From contig NW_008246075.1 in NCBI RefSeq assembly GCF_000281045.1, positions 34,054 through 83,836 on the forward strand: a DNA stretch of 49,783 nt, read 5' to 3'. Below the pieces are notes generated by a model, which did not search any database, was not told the DNA's origin, and saw nothing but the letters and a program-made list of their open reading frames with translations. Positions 49,620-49,783 of the stretch are shown in pieces. Position 1 is the stretch's first letter; the number at the start of each line of letters is the position of its first letter. The position numbers were made by a program, and so were the translations under genes. This DNA is from Saprolegnia diclina VS20. Lineage: Eukaryota.

Positions 49620-49633
49620 TCACTTTGCCTTTT
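49620..49633 (+). promoter_or_regulatory. INR+FPR-like core promoter
   Basis: TCACTTTGCCTTTT fits TCAYTYBNNNWTTY, about 30 nt before ATG 49665. Confidence 0.55.
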
Positions 49634-49664
49634 TTGCCTTTGCCTCCGCAGCCCCCCACACATA

Positions 49665-49783
49665 ATGAAGACTGCGTTCCTCCTCCTCACGCTCTCGGCG
49701 GCCGCGACGGCCACGTCGCAGCAGCAGTTCAAGGTCTGCAAGACCCACGACGACTGCAACCAAGGCTTCTTCTGCCGCCCCAC
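49665..49783 (+). CDS. Secreted cysteine-rich protein, 5' part only (runs off the window)
   Basis: MKTAFLLLTLSAAATA-TSQQQFKVCKTHDDCNQGFFCRP: signal peptide followed by C-x5-C-x5-C. Not in the ORF track. Confidence 0.75.
   Translation, partial: MKTAFLLLTLSAAATATSQQQFKVCKTHDDCNQGFFCRP

Overview
Gene-dense, GC-rich eukaryotic DNA with short GT-AG introns, mostly about 43-52 nt, and INR+FPR core-promoter matches. This fits an oomycete, probably Saprolegniales (inferred from style, not a database hit). About 20 protein genes are supported: a KH-domain protein, a histidyl-tRNA synthetase fused to a degenerate histidine-ammonia-lyase-like domain, a C2 + Dzip-like protein, a CSC1/OSCA-TMC-like channel, ADA2, Hsp110, dynactin p150, a fungal-style GNAT, a DegT-family aminotransferase ending in PTS1 (AKL), a head-to-head pair of DUF2235/Tle1-like hydrolases, a myosin, a histidine phosphatase, a Rid protein, a CaMKK-like kinase, PAM16, PRP16/DHX38, two hypothetical proteins, and the start of a secreted Cys-rich protein at the right edge. 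A decayed BBS5 pseudogene lies at about 6.65-7.2 kb. The most notable region is 23-31.6 kb, where four foreign-looking enzyme genes sit between housekeeping genes. I saw no RNA genes, CRISPR arrays or intact mobile elements. Exon boundaries were traced by eye and family calls come from motif recognition, not searches.
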